In this document: in pieces, positions 12,001-24,189 of the stretch | Layout of the letters: each line of letters starts with the position of its first letter | Numbering within the stretch: the first letter of the stretch is position 1 | Assembly (NCBI RefSeq): GCF_964204645.1 | Contig: NC_134034.1 | Span: 310,001 to 374,000, forward strand | Direction of reading: 5' to 3' | Length of the DNA stretch: 64,000 nucleotides | Source of the DNA: Tubulanus polymorphus | Taxonomy: Eukaryota > Animalia > Nemertea | The notes under the pieces: model-generated | Told to the model about the DNA's origin: nothing | What the model saw: the letters and a program-made list of their open reading frames with translations, nothing else | Databases searched by the model: none | Translations under genes and position numbers: made by a program

Positions 12001-15000
12001 AAATCAATTCACATCTAAATTCTCTGTGATGTAAATTTGAAATGATGAAGTCAAAAACCCTAAAACTAGGAGTTTGGTTAAATAAAGAAGTAAGAGTCAT
12101 TTTAGACGAGGGGTCAATGAAATTATTACCTCTCCGAATAATTTGCCTCCGCGTAAAGTTGCAACCGGTGTTTCATCATCTTCATCCAGAACCTGCAATA
12201 ATCAGAAATATGATTCTGAGGAGGGAGTGGGAGGATGGGGGAGGGAGAAATCTCCAAGCAACGGACGTAATGAAAAGGGTCGAAATTTGATCGATTCCGT
12301 GTTTTAGTGTTACCTCGACCTCGCCGTTCTGTATGAAGAACAACGCGGAGCCGAACTCTCCGCGAGTAACGATATCCTGACCGGGAAGAGCATACGACGA
12401 TTCGACCTTCATCGAGAGACTGCGTAGAAATCCTTCACCGAGATCAGCAAACAGCGGAGCCTACAATTATAACAAACAACGCAGCCTACAATCACAACAA
12501 ACAACACAGCCTACAATCACAACAAACAATGCAGCCTACAATCACAACAAACAACGCAGCCTACAATCACAACAAACAACACAGCCTACAATCACAACAA
12601 ACAACGCAGCCTACAATCACAACAAACAACGCAGCCTACAATCACAACGAACAACTCTTAATCTAAGCTTGGAGTATTCATTCAAATGATTACTCCAAGA
12701 TCTAAGTGTTGATCAGTTTTGTGAAATTAGAAGAAGCATTTTGATGATAGATTAGTCATCTTTTTCTATTATGTTGTAGAGAACTTTCAGATCTTTAGCG
12801 CTTTTAATAGAATCAAGGCTTATTCCCACTGTTCTAGGTTAAGAGGAGTTAAAATTAGTTAAATTTTAACTCTTATTTATGCTTAGTACGAATATTATGT
12901 TATAAATGGTTTCAATTTCTTTGAAAAATAAAGATTATCATTATTGACTCTTATCGCCTGAAATCAATTTTGATTGAATATAGGCCTATGGAATTACGCG
13001 ATTCAATTCAACTTGAACCAGAGACCATTTTCTTAAAGTGGTTTCCTATTTAACTAACACTAAGATTCAGCCCACCTGGATCGACGGGTTTCTCATGTGA
13101 CACGTACCTTTTCGAGAATGGGTTGATTCAAGGCGAGGGCGATTTCAGCTTGGAAACTGTTCGACATTCCGGAGAATAATCCTTCACCGACCTGACCTCC
13201 TTTACGTACCCATAGATAATCATAGTATCCTAACACTAGTTTCTTCACTGTGTGAGTCAACTGCATATCATTCTATATTAAACAGATACAATACCTCAAA
13301 AAACGGCTTCCAAATTCGGGGACGAGGTTTGACAGGTTGTTAAAAGCTAAATAATTGAATATCTTGTTCGGGATCCAATTCCACAGTTCTGAATTAGAGT
13401 TAACTCTGAGTTAAAATAAGTTCATTTTCAATGTTTTAACTCAGGGTCAAAATTTAACTCACTACTGTGGAACTGGGTCCTGGCTGTAGAGATTCATTTA
13501 TTATAAACTGATTGAAAAATATCATCATCAATCATCAATCTCAGAATTAGGGGATGTAAAAGTGGACGATACAGTGTTCTATCTGGCTGTAGAGATTTAT
13601 TTCTCTAGAACTGAGTGAAAAATATCACCGTCAATCATCAGTCTTAGAATATGGCGATTTTAAAGGGGATGGGACAAATACAATAGCAGTCTGCAATCTT
13701 AGATAATTTTCAGATTTTCAATCGCAAGAAAAACAAAGCAACAAAAGGTTTAAAATCGGAAGTTCATGCTGGAGCTGCATCATTGTTTTAAACAGGAATT
13801 TGGCTCCCGATCAATCAGTGGTTCGCGAAGCCTGGTGGCTCAAGTCATCATGGTTCAGGTCGCGTCACTCTATTGTTTTTTAATGGGTCTATCACAGCAG
13901 CAGACCGCAAATGTGGGACACAAGACATATATCTTCAGGGCAGCTGGCCAGAATAAGGCGAGACCATGTGGGTTAACAAATAGGACAGTAAAATGAAGTT
14001 AGACTCACAATATCAACGCTCCTCAGACCTATAATTTTTGTAAAACAATGGACGAGATCTATTTAAAAGGATAGGAACCTGAAACGGGAGATAAATACTG
14101 AACTTACGAGATGTGATTTGATGACGTTTAATCGATGCACGTAGTTCGCACGATGGAAATCAGCGTTCGTTAACGCAGACGTAATGCCACCTATTAGCAT
14201 CCCGAAGAACAAACTGATACCGATTAACATTCCGATGAGACTGTAGGCTTTTTCTGCGGTCGTAACAGCCGAGATATCTCCATAACTACAATCAACAATA
14301 CATGACAGACGATACGATGAGTTTAAAATGATAATCAAAGATGGTTCGGAGTTTTTGTCTCATCAATCCCGGGATTGAATCCGAGCCATCAATCCCAGGT
14401 TCCTGGGGTTGAATCCGAGCCATCTCTTATCAATCCCTGGGTCCATCTCTTATCAAGGTTCCTGGGGTTAAATCCTGTGCAGGCAAGCAGTCAATCAAAA
14501 TGCAGATACTGGTCTGGATTTCAATATTAAACACCGGCACAGTTCTGTGGGTTCAGGGTTTATATGATACGTACCCAGTAGAGGTGGACATCGCTACAGC
14601 GTAATAGAAACTAACAGAATATGATTCCCAATGACTTTCAGCTGTTAGATCTATAAAACAAACAAACATTCATTCATTTCTCACAAGCTAATCTTAAATC
14701 CAAGCAAAGTCAGCCATGGCTCTCTTAATGAAGTGTCCTGAAGGGAGGTTTAGATCTGGACCTGGACTGTGGCTCAGTGCCGTGGATTTGAGTCCGTGTG
14801 AAGCCAGGCTCTAGTGGAGACGCTGTCTGCAGGACAATTTATAACTAATCAAGAAATGTGGTCAATACTGGTCTGGGTCAGTTGCTGAAAAGTTGGTAAA
14901 AAGATAACCAGCAGATAAATGCCATAGTAACAATAAACTTGTAACTGTCACTATGTCAACTATCCACTGGTAATTTTTTAACAACTTTTCAGCAACTGAC

Positions 15001-16501
15001 CCTTGGTTACTGTGTGTGGTCCTGGTCAGTAGTTGAATGATACTTACTGAGAATACCGGTCATCGCCCATGAGTCTATACTGCACGTTGTAGTACTGGTA
15101 AGATGATACCCATCGCACGCACTGACGAACCACAAACAAGCCATCAGGTGAACAGCACAGATTGTTAATACTGAATACTTTATCAGACGTATCAGTGATG
15201 TGTTACTGCCGAGTTCATTCTCTCGCGTGTCTGAAATATACCGGACATCAATCAATCAGTTTAGAGGAAAACTGGAGGTCTGCATCCTCCCCTGACTCCT
15301 AGCCAGAGTCTGGCAATTACAGATATCATGTAGTCACTGGTCTGCATCCCCCCAGCAGCTTCCTGACTCCTAACCAGACTTACCCGATATCGCCTGTAAT
15401 TGCACCAGTTCTCTCCAAAAATGACAAATTTAACATCAAAAATAGTCATCTCTACTTAAGAATTCACAGAAATTATTCTGATTTTAAGAGTATTGATAAT
15501 TTTGGGAGTAATTGAGAGAGTATTTCTACTTTCAAGTTGTTATAAGATCTATGTCTAGCAGAGAGGGAATAATTAAAATGGCCAGCATCTCTCCCCAGAG
15601 AGAATTAACTTCAAATTCTGTCCAAAAATGGTCTTCTTTTCAAGAAGGTAACTTCTATTTCAGAATTTGTAGATTTGACAACCTACGTACCTTTTATTCA
15701 AATTTCATCTTATTCTAAGGGGAATTTTTAGCCATCAAAATTCTAATTGTTGTGAACAATAGTCTGATAGTCAATAATAATTACTTTTTAGGCCTAGACT
15801 AAGACTAAGAGGCCCTATCATCAATTTATTCCAAGGAAATGTTTCAATCAATTCTAATCTATTTCTAGAGGGCAAATTTTTCCATTTAATTAACTTTTAA
15901 ACAACCATTTTAAACATTAAACATTTAAATCATAATCTAACTTTGCCGACCATCTTTTCTTAATAATTTTCTTACCGAAATGGGAGACAATTCTGTAGAA
16001 TCTGAGAACTCTGTTGACTTTGAAGAGAGCCACGTATTGAAGAGTTTTCATGTGAGCCGGTAAAACAGCGACAACAATCTCCAGCGGTAAGATAGCTAAC
16101 AGATCCACAGTAAACTGACCCCGTAGGTAATACTGCCTCGACAACTTGCGGTCGTGTATCACTTTTCCATCTCGAATCATCGGCGTCAAGAACCGCTTTG
16201 CGATATCCAACACCCAGAAAAAATCCACCAGATAACTGATAGCCCACGTGCCGGCCAAATTCGACACGATAGTCGCCGCGAAAATATCGGTGACCACCGA
16301 CACTATCGCGCAAACTACGATAAAATCCTCCCAGATGCGGATGAATTTATCGCGAGGATGGATTTGACCGCGCGCGAATTTGAGGATGAAATTCGCATCT
16401 TGATCGTCGGAACAAGACGCCGCAGTTTGTTCAGACATTTCTCCGCCGTATCCTCGAGTCGGATTCACTTTGTTCGAACTGTTATTCGAGCTATTATACA
16501 T
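55..16501 (-). CDS. CNGK: Concatenated multi-repeat cyclic-nucleotide-gated K+ channel (tetraKCNG/CNGK-like). 34 exons in window; 3' part continues beyond the left edge
   Basis: Phase-compatible GT-AG exons: 15976-16501, 15048-15230, 14575-14650, 14108-14285, 13108-13272, 12314-12460, 12130-12192, 11874-11988, 11275-11399, 11059-11181, 10374-10548, 9822-9936, 9159-9328, 8834-8982, 7856-8113, 7350-7466, 7004-7103, 6462-6608, 5874-6058, 5650-5792, 5078-5264, 4841-5008, 4415-4578, 3971-4088, 3508-3851, 3288-3394, 3038-3181, 2538-2699, 1636-1752, 1418-1551, 633-759, 430-460, 218-348, 55-126. Three pore loops (TSTGYGD, SSTGYGD, LSVGYGD). Three S4 segments ([30 protein letters not shown]). Three CNBD phosphate-binding cassettes ([48 protein letters not shown]). 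A fourth S1/S2 follows (WTISPHS..VWD..). No stop between repeats. Confidence 0.9.
737..1320. repeat. 33-34 bp tandem array (~17 copies) duplicating a splice acceptor plus exon start of the channel gene
   Basis: Unit atacatctacattactaccagctctacacaataa; on the minus strand each copy reads ..tgtag|AGCTGGTAGTAATGTAGATGTA, identical to the start of exon 633-759. Confidence 0.95.
2160..2530. repeat. 24-bp purine-rich intronic minisatellite
   Basis: (gggaggtaggtagggaggctgaga)n; produces the spurious [11 protein letters not shown]. Confidence 0.9.
2871..2997. mobile_element. PIF/Harbinger-like MITE
   Basis: TIRs gggccagtttcatagt...actatggaactggccc flanked by a CAG 3-bp duplication; related ends near 13371-13479 and 38413-38484. 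Confidence 0.65.
4095..4390. repeat. 42-bp intronic tandem repeat
   Basis: (gagaacacctcaactatcgatgatacctcgcgagggatcaca)-like, ~7 copies, filling most of intron 4089-4414. Confidence 0.9.
4588..4820 (+). repeat. Dispersed ~79-bp minisatellite family (gatgatgtcatagggggatttatggaggcagacatc...)
   Basis: Same unit recurs at ~5295-5625 (inverted), 6080-6400, 7520-7840, ~10580 and 63078-63345. Confidence 0.9.
6627..6935. repeat. ~40-bp intronic tandem repeat with variable poly-C
   Basis: (tgaaacagtgcaggagattatctctgcatccaccccccc)n. Confidence 0.85.
7133..7347. repeat. ~40-bp intronic tandem repeat abutting a donor site
   Basis: (caggggcaggtgtacacgaactgagatctgtcagtcagt)n filling intron 7104-7349. 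Confidence 0.85.
8523..8650. mobile_element. PIF/Harbinger-like MITE (second family)
   Basis: TIRs gagccggttgctcaaaagttggtt...aaccaacctttgagcaactggccc with CAG duplication; homologous copies at ~14875-15002 and ~59088-59215. Confidence 0.65.
10612..11058. repeat. ~37-50 bp tandem array duplicating a splice donor of the channel gene
   Basis: About 10 extra copies of minus-strand ..ACAACTAGTCAG|GTAC downstream of the real donor at 11059. Confidence 0.9.
12460..12655. repeat. 25-bp tandem array containing repeated acceptor-like ttgtag|GC
   Basis: (gcctacaatcacaacaaacaacgca)n directly adjoining exon 12314-12460. Confidence 0.85.
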
Positions 16502-16604
16502 GATGAATGGCGATATTTCTATTCATTTCGTTGTTCTCTGACGCTCCGTTCATTCAGCCATCACTCGAGAGCGCGCTAAGCAGACGATCGATACGTCGTT
16601 TAAA

Positions 16605-16675
16605 CTCGACCAATCACGCGCCGGCTTTCCCAATGACGTCATCGCTCAACCCTGGGAATCTCGCGACGTCATCAA
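16605..16675 (-). promoter_or_regulatory. Putative channel promoter: CCAAT boxes and CRE
   Basis: ccaat at ~16610 and ~16630, perfect TGACGTCA at 16634-16641, CGACGTCA at ~16664; 100-170 bp upstream of the ATG. Confidence 0.45.
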
Positions 16676-17189
16676 ATGTCCGGGAAAGTCAGTTCCAAAC
16701 TGAAGGCGAGTTCGAATCCCAAATATAGTCCCCCTGCCCGTATGTTATACCGTCGTATAATCAGTACCAATTTCACTTTGCTCCATTTTTACTATCGATC
16801 AAATTCACCCAGTTGCAGCAGGTTTTGGTGTCTATTCAAATCCTAAGTGAGATAAATACGGACCAGACCGACTACGTCGAATTGCCCGCGCACGCCACGC
16901 CATCGGGCTGAAGCACGATTTCCGCCAGCAGCCCCTCCGGCGCCACCCCTTACCAGTTCGATCCGTTCCAACCTAATCGTCGTCTTACACTCTCAGCGAG
17001 TTTAAACGAAATCATTATAAAATGTATCCTGTCGTTTTTATCTGTTAATTGTAAGGCTGAAGTCAGTGTGTTGTGATGAATCCTGTCTCAGTCGGTCGCA
17101 CCAGTCTTATTGCGATTTCACAAAGACCACCGATTAATAGAATCAAGGTATCATTTTTAGCCTAGAATCGTCAGCTATTCAATCAACAT

Positions 17190-18253
17190 CTATTTAACAT
17201 CTTTTCCGAGTGTTTCTGAAGGGATTCTACTTGTAATTTCAACATTACCATAACTATTTAACTTATTTTCCGATCGCGGTTTTTTCGGCAAATAACGAGG
17301 TCTCTCAACGTCTGGTAAAACTGTTTATTGACGATACAGTATAGTATGAAATTAACGCACGAATCCAGATCACTGGTAACGTACGCTATATCCATCGCAA
17401 CGCGTACGAACGCACTTTAGAAAACGTCGCCGGTATTTCTAGAACCAAGAAGGTGATGCTCATCGATATGACCATACGAGTTGCTTTCGAATCGCCTTTC
17501 AGAACGTGTTGCGACGACGCCGACGAGCTCCGGCCTAATTTCCGTCGTTGTCGGAATTTTACGCACAAAGTCGCGATCAGCGTCGTGTTGACTACGAGAA
17601 TGATCGCGCACGGAATTATCAATCTAAAAACTGGATCCAGTAATTTATTGCATAATAGATATATAGTTGGGTACTTGTAAACGAGCCGGGTATGCGGGCC
17701 ATGACAAGGATCCTGGTATTGTTCTACCTTCAGGGTAAACGCGAAATAAATGGGCCAAATGAAAAAATAGTACAGTAGCCACTGCGATGATGGTATTCAT
17801 GCGCTTTTTAGTCCACCATTGACAGGCCTTTAACGGGTACAAGATGGTTAATAATCGTTCTGTCTGTATGAGAACTGTCAACCAGTTGCGCTGAAACATG
17901 AACGCTATGCGCACCAAATACGTACCGTACGCGAACATTTCGGGGTAAATGTAGAAAGGTCCGAGGAAAACCTTATCGCCGTAATTTACGTAAAATATCA
18001 TATATCTCAACGTGTCGGCCAGAAAGTGGCCGAGCAGGTATCCGATATCGGCGAGTGCGAGACATTTCAACAAGTGAATCGATGGATGGGACGATTTCAA
18101 CTTGGTGAAAACGGCGATGATCAGAGAGTTCATGACCCATCCTACAAGCATTATCGGAGTTAGAATGAATATATTGATATAGAAACGGCCGGCCCATTCG
18201 TCGTATTGTCGAGCGCAGGCCACATCTCTGGTTATATTACGCGCTGAAGCCAT
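17190..18253 (-). pseudogene. Intronless rhodopsin-class peptide-receptor-like GPCR (FMRFamide/sex-peptide-receptor-like) with two frameshifts
   Basis: TM2 LALADIGYL, TM3 RNWLTVLIQTERLLTILYPL. First frameshift in the A6 run at 17762-17767 (restored frame LFFIWPIYFAF..DPCHG..LIIPCAII). TM6 LEIP. Second frameshift near 17400-17420 before VAMDIAYVTSDLDSCVNFILYCIVNKQF; stop at 17190-17192. Confidence 0.75.
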
Positions 18254-18783
18254 CGTCTGTTGTGTTGACTTGTCACAACATCACCACCAGTACGCTCGCT
18301 CGATCGCCAGACTCATTCAGTCTTTCACGGACCACGCGTTCTCGGCGTAGTCTCGATCAGTATCAATCATTGCGAGCGCCAACAGCGCGCAGGCTCTGAG
18401 AAAACAGCAGTGATTTTATACTGATACTAAAAGCCACAGCGTTTTCAAATATTAGAAAAACAGCTAGAGCAAATCATAGCCATTATGCTGTTGCGGCATC
18501 GCGAGTATAATACCGGACGTTTCCATCATCCGATCCTGCGAGTCTTACTCGCTCTGACGATGAGATCGCGCCGACTACATTCTGCTCAATTATGGTACTT
18601 GCCCGGTTTCTAGTTTTGTTGTTAGAGATCAATGATGGTGGCGAACGTTTTGTAATAGTCAAATCGATAGATGATTGCTGATACCGCGCGGGCATTTATC
18701 AAACTCGGAGATCAAACGCGGAGATCAAACTCAAACAAAATTGTTCGTAATGTATATCTCACATTTTCTATGTACTTGATATA

Positions 18784-18982
18784 CAGTATAAGTCCTTTAT
18801 AATACTGTTGTTGGGACCGATGGGATTATAATGGCGTTATAATGAATATGGCAGGGTTATAAAGTAAGGCATTTCCATCGAATTTGAGTTAGATTGAGCA
18901 AATTTGTTTTCTAAAAAAATGTTGGCGTTAAGCGAGTAGTGGCATTAAAAAGGATGGCAGCGTTATAACGGGACATTGACTG
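18784..18982. mobile_element. Tc1/mariner-pogo (Tigger-like) MITE relic
   Basis: TA|cagt..gtcctttataa ... ttataacgggacattgactg|TA: imperfect TIRs with TA duplication. Confidence 0.5.
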
Positions 18983-21569
18983 TATTTTGGTACTTACTCT
19001 CCAATCTACCCACGTACGTACAGGCCCGTATTGATGGGTTTCGGACGAATCCGGCCAGCTATTAAAATATTCTCCTATTGGTGACACTTTTTCGTTAGTT
19101 CTCGTTCAAAATATGTGCATATTTTCAAGCTTTTTTATTCGAGGCCAAATTGCATGAAATAGAACATAGTATCCCAATATGCCAATAAGTTTTGAACTGT
19201 TTTTTTTTTTCGTTATTATTGTGGGATTCTCTCTACAATGAATTACATACATACATTAAAGTAGTTGATATGATTCGCAGTCTAACTGAAGGTAGAGACC
19301 GGCAGGGAAGGTTCTGAAGTTAGGTAAAAAGTGGTTCATGGGGGGAGGGGGTCAGCAACAAGGTAGTACTTTGAGGGACTGGGTATTAATCAATCTTGGT
19401 ACGTATGCACCAAACTCACATGAAATTAACCGATACTGGTGTTTTATCGGCTTTCGTATATGTTGATGGATGGAGCCCAGAACCTGCGCAATTTTTTTCG
19501 TAGAAATTCACCCTAACCCTATTCAAATAAAAAAATTAAGTTTTGTGACTCTATCATCCTACGAAAAAATATGCTGCCTGGAAACAGGTGAGGGTGAAAC
19601 AGAAATGAACAAGCGATTCCACTTGTGACTTGTAGACTTCAACTGGGAATTCCCCATACCGGGTATCGGTATCGATCTTTCACGTACATGTATTTATATT
19701 TTGTTTTGATTTGTGTTTCTTGCATCAATATTGGGGGTTAAGGGCGCCATGGTACGTACCTAAGAGGGGTCAGTGAAATTGGTACAAAGGTGGTACAAGG
19801 AAGGGGGATGGGGGTCAGAAAAAAGGGAGATTTCGAGGTACGTAATTTGTGAACGCTCCCCGAGATATCAATACAGCTGTGAAGAGTCGGCCCTCTGAAT
19901 CAATGCCATGGGTTCGAACCCGCCACTCCACTACGTTTGTAGACATTTTATTCCATATTCCGATAGATGGCGCTTGTGAAATGCGGTACATTACAAATAT
20001 TTACAACGGTTAATTCTAGCTATTTGATAGTTTATCGAAATTCCAATAGGTGGCGATAATAGGTTATATCGTACAGTCCTATTTAAGTTCATTTCAACAT
20101 TAGGACCATTCCCAGTATAAGTGGTATCTACGTTCGAACCAAGAACACCTTTACATGTCATAGTCTGCATCAGGACCACTCTGAATCGGTATCAGTAATT
20201 ACCAGTAATTACCAGTAATTACTGGGACACCCCAGTTCATCGTCTACTTCAGCATCAGGGCCTATCAGAAACAGCTCGAGCAACTATCGATGGAGTTCGT
20301 ACCCGACACAGTTATTTTTCAGTGTAGTACAGAATGTACTCAAGAAAACAATCAAGGAATCAGTGTCCAAAATGCAGTTGATAGCTGCATAAATAGTCAA
20401 ATATATGAAAGTCTCTGAGACCTTAGAGTAATCAGACAAGATCGGTCTTATTACTCCAAGCCGAAAGAAAGGTGTCGATCTGTTGCCTGGACCCCAGACA
20501 TTCTATCTGAAAGGGGGTGGGTGGAGGGTTCAAGCTGTGTTTCAAGAGCCAGTACTTCAGTTTATGTAGAAGGTCTAAAGTCTAAACGAGTGTCTGAAGG
20601 GCATGGGTGGGTACTGGAGTATCCTCAGCGGATAGGGTAGTGCCAAGCTGCGGCAGATTGATACATGCATAATTTAGGAGTGATCAGACTGAATACAAAT
20701 CTTATTGTTGAAAGTGAAATTGTCGTATTATCAAAATATGGATCGATGTAAATTAGCCGGGACATGCTGGAAATCTGATCGTAATAAACGGTTTACGTCC
20801 GAAACACAATCGTATTATATAATGAGGTTCAACTGTCGTCTCGTTTCATTTAATTCACTTCCAGAGAAAAAAGAATCCATGTACAATAGACTTGACTAAC
20901 TCGAATCAATTAAGACGAGGTGATATTGTCACCTGCAGATGAAAGAATTTCAATGCAATAGTTCATTGGGTTTATATCCAAGTTGATGTAAGCTTGGAGA
21001 ATCATTACTCCAAGATAAAAGTGACTGGACTTGAAATGATTCTAGTTAAGAGAATCCACCGTTCATTATATAAAGAAAAAATAACACATACAATTTGTAG
21101 CGAACAACTGACCACTAATGATACTGATGTTAAAACAACTATAGTGGTTAGTCGTTCAAATGGTATTCATAAACAATAGTTCAACAGATAATCAAACACC
21201 ATAAAATCAATGTTTTCATCAATATAATAATCAAACAAGTCAAGAGCAAACTGAGTATCTTGAGTTAAGAGTTTAACATCGTCAGAATGAGATGCAACAT
21301 AAAAACAATCATTTTAAAGAAATAAATGTATTTACAAAAACAAACGCAGTCACAAGTACATAATCTCCACATATACAGTGCATTCATTCATAACTGTAAC
21401 AAAACTCTAAACCAAAGTTTGACATCCTCAATTATCATTTACAAAATAATTCAACCAGCTCAACAAAAAAGAGAAGCCCTTTGAAATGTATGCATTTAAA
21501 AACGCAAAGTCGCAGCACATCAGTAATTAATAACCCACAATCAGATTCAACAACAAACCAGCCAATCAA

Positions 21570-23650
21570 ACCATCAATTCATATTTATTTTTCAATAGAT
21601 GTACAATGTGTATTTACATTCAACCTATACTCGCGGTAACAAACACTGAAAGTCCCGATTTGACGGAGAAATTGGTCGGCATCTCTGGAACTACGATAAC
21701 TCGCGGTAACAAACACTGAAAGTCCTGATTTGACGGAGAAATTGGTCGGTATCTCTGGAACTAGGCTAACTCGCAGTAACAAACACTGAAAGTCCTGATT
21801 TGACGGAGAAATTGGTCGGCATCTCTGGAACTACGCTAACTCGCAGTAACAAACACTGAAAGTCCCGATTTGACGGAGAAATTGTTCGGTATTTCTGTAA
21901 CTACGCTCACAAGCGGTAACAAACACTGAGTCCTGATTTGACGGAGAAATTGTTCAACATCTCTGATTTGATCTTTTCCTGTCGTCTGAATTCTACAGCC
22001 AACCACAAGCTCAATACTACAATGACAAAATACAAAATATGAATAATGATATCATTTTTAAGACTCTTCTTCAAAATGAATTTCAATTATACCTGATTTT
22101 TAGTCGATTCAGACACATGAATCTTCGGTTTTTCACGAGGAAATTGATCTGCATCATCGGTATCGTTTCCATCTTGATATCTGGTATTGTGTGACGAATA
22201 ACTCAATACTAACTACAACAACAATGTACTAAATAAACTATGATTTTCATTCATAAGACTCTTCATAAAAACAAAATTCATCTAATTTCAATTTTACCTG
22301 ATTTATAGTCAATTCAGATTCATGACTCGGACCTTGAGGAATTTGCTCAATTCTTCCTGAACTCTGATGTTTTCCTTTCCTCTGGTTTTGAGCATCTCTT
22401 ACAACAACAGTCCACTAGCTACAACAAAAATACATAAAAGTAACCAGTCTCATTGAGTCGACTGTTCCAGCAAAGAAATTCATAAGTTCAATTTACCTGA
22501 TTTATAGTCAATTTAGACACACGACTTAGAAGAGAAATTGCTCAGAACTTCAGTAACTTTTCGTATCTTCTTGAACTTTCTGTTTGATGTGGAGATTCCC
22601 CAGAGTACTTCGATTTCTACATACAATCACTGAAATAAGTCCGGAATTGACGGGGAAATTGGTCAGCATCTCTGATCTCTGATCTTTTCCTGTCGTCTGA
22701 TATTCTACAGCCAACCACAAGCTCAATACTACAATGATAAAACACAAAATATGAATAATGATATCATTTTTGAGACTCTTCTTCAAAATAAATTTCAATC
22801 ATACCTGATTTATAGTCAATTCAGATTCATGACTCGGACCTTGAGGAATTTGCTCAACACTTCTCTGATGTTTTCCTTTCCTCTGGTTTTGATCGTCTCT
22901 AACAACAACAGTCCACTAGCTACAACAAAAGTACATAAAATAAACGTAACCATCTTCTTTAAGTCAACTGTTCCTGCAAAGAAGTTCATATCAAGTATAA
23001 TTTTACCTAATTCATAGTCAATTCAGACTCATGACACCTTAAATATTTCTCAACGACAACTGGAACAATCCTGGATGTTTCCTGTCGATCGTTTGGTATT
23101 TTGTACTTGCCGACCAAATCAATACACGCTACAACAGGGAAATATGAAATACATGTAATACTAACTTACCGTCCTAGTTGAGAACATTCTTATCTACATA
23201 GAAATTCATAGCAATTTATACTATACCTGATTTATAGTCTTTACTTAGTGAAATTTCTAAGAACCTCAGGAACTTTCAGTATCATCTTGAACTTTCTGTT
23301 TGGGGGGGGGGGGGGGGGTTGTGGCATGGAGATTCCTCAGTAGAGTACCTCAGATTTCTACTGACAACAGACACCAATCCAACACTTCTCTTTCTGGTAC
23401 TTTCATCTTTCTCTTTCCTCTCGTTTTACAAATTGATATTTAATTATTTGACATTTTTACCATCATAAAATTGATATTATGTTTTTCTTTACATCATCGT
23501 TATTAGAGATCTTACAAAGAATGATACAAATAATACGTTTCTTAATTTCAAACTCACAGCTGTTTGTAAATTATTTCCACACACAAAGATGGCATGCTGC
23601 ATGCTGATCAATTTGTTTACCATGCGCATGGACCCGCGGGTGTGCCAGTG
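21570..23650 (-). ncRNA. Candidate 7-exon spliced lncRNA (or decayed gene) made of duplicated exon-intron units
   Basis: Six GT-AG introns of 76-98 nt: 23226-23129, 23006-22920, 22804-22729, 22496-22419, 22297-22213, 22092-22017. Exons end in conserved ACTATAAATCAG-like|gt and acceptors are ttgtag. AATAAA at 21584-21589 (minus). No continuous ORF. Confidence 0.5.
21628..21960. repeat. 70-bp tandem array (~5 copies)
   Basis: (aactcgcggtaacaaacactgaaagtcctgatttgacggagaaattggtcggtatctctggaactaggct)n. Confidence 0.9.
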
Positions 23651-23677
23651 CTGTTTAGTGCAATTGATGCATCGGTG

Positions 23678-23795
23678 CAAGTGCATAGTGAGACGTCAAG
23701 TGCAGAGTGAGACGCCAAGTGCAAAGTGAAACGACAAGTGCAAATTTGGACGTCAAGTGCAAAATGGGATGTCAAGTGTAAATTGAGATGTCAAT
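23678..23795. repeat. 20-bp tandem repeat with GACGTCA half-CRE, next to an NRF1-like TGCGCATG at ~23623
   Basis: (caagtgcanagtgagacgt)-like, ~6 copies, upstream of the candidate lncRNA. Confidence 0.6.
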
Positions 23796-24189
23796 TGTTT
23801 TCACCAGTGTTTACGATGATCAACCATCTTTCTGAAGATGTTTAAAGCAATTTGAATTCTAACAGTTTTTTACACTGTCGGCTCACAGATTTAGAAACTG
23901 GTTTACCTTATCGTTTAGACGCTGACAATTTTATCACTCCTTAAGTGGAGTAATATAATCAAGTCACTAACAATTCAGTTTTGTCAATTCAAGAAGGGAA
24001 AGGAGGGGAAGGCATTAAACCTCAATATCACCCCAGCCTTAAGTCACTTACAATTCAGTTTATGTCACAATTAACTTGACAATTCAAGAGGGGGAGGGAT
24101 CACTAAATTTCAATTTTATCACAACCAATTGTTTTGGCAGTACTTTACCGACAGTGTTTTGTAACACATAACTTTTATCAACCCCTTTT

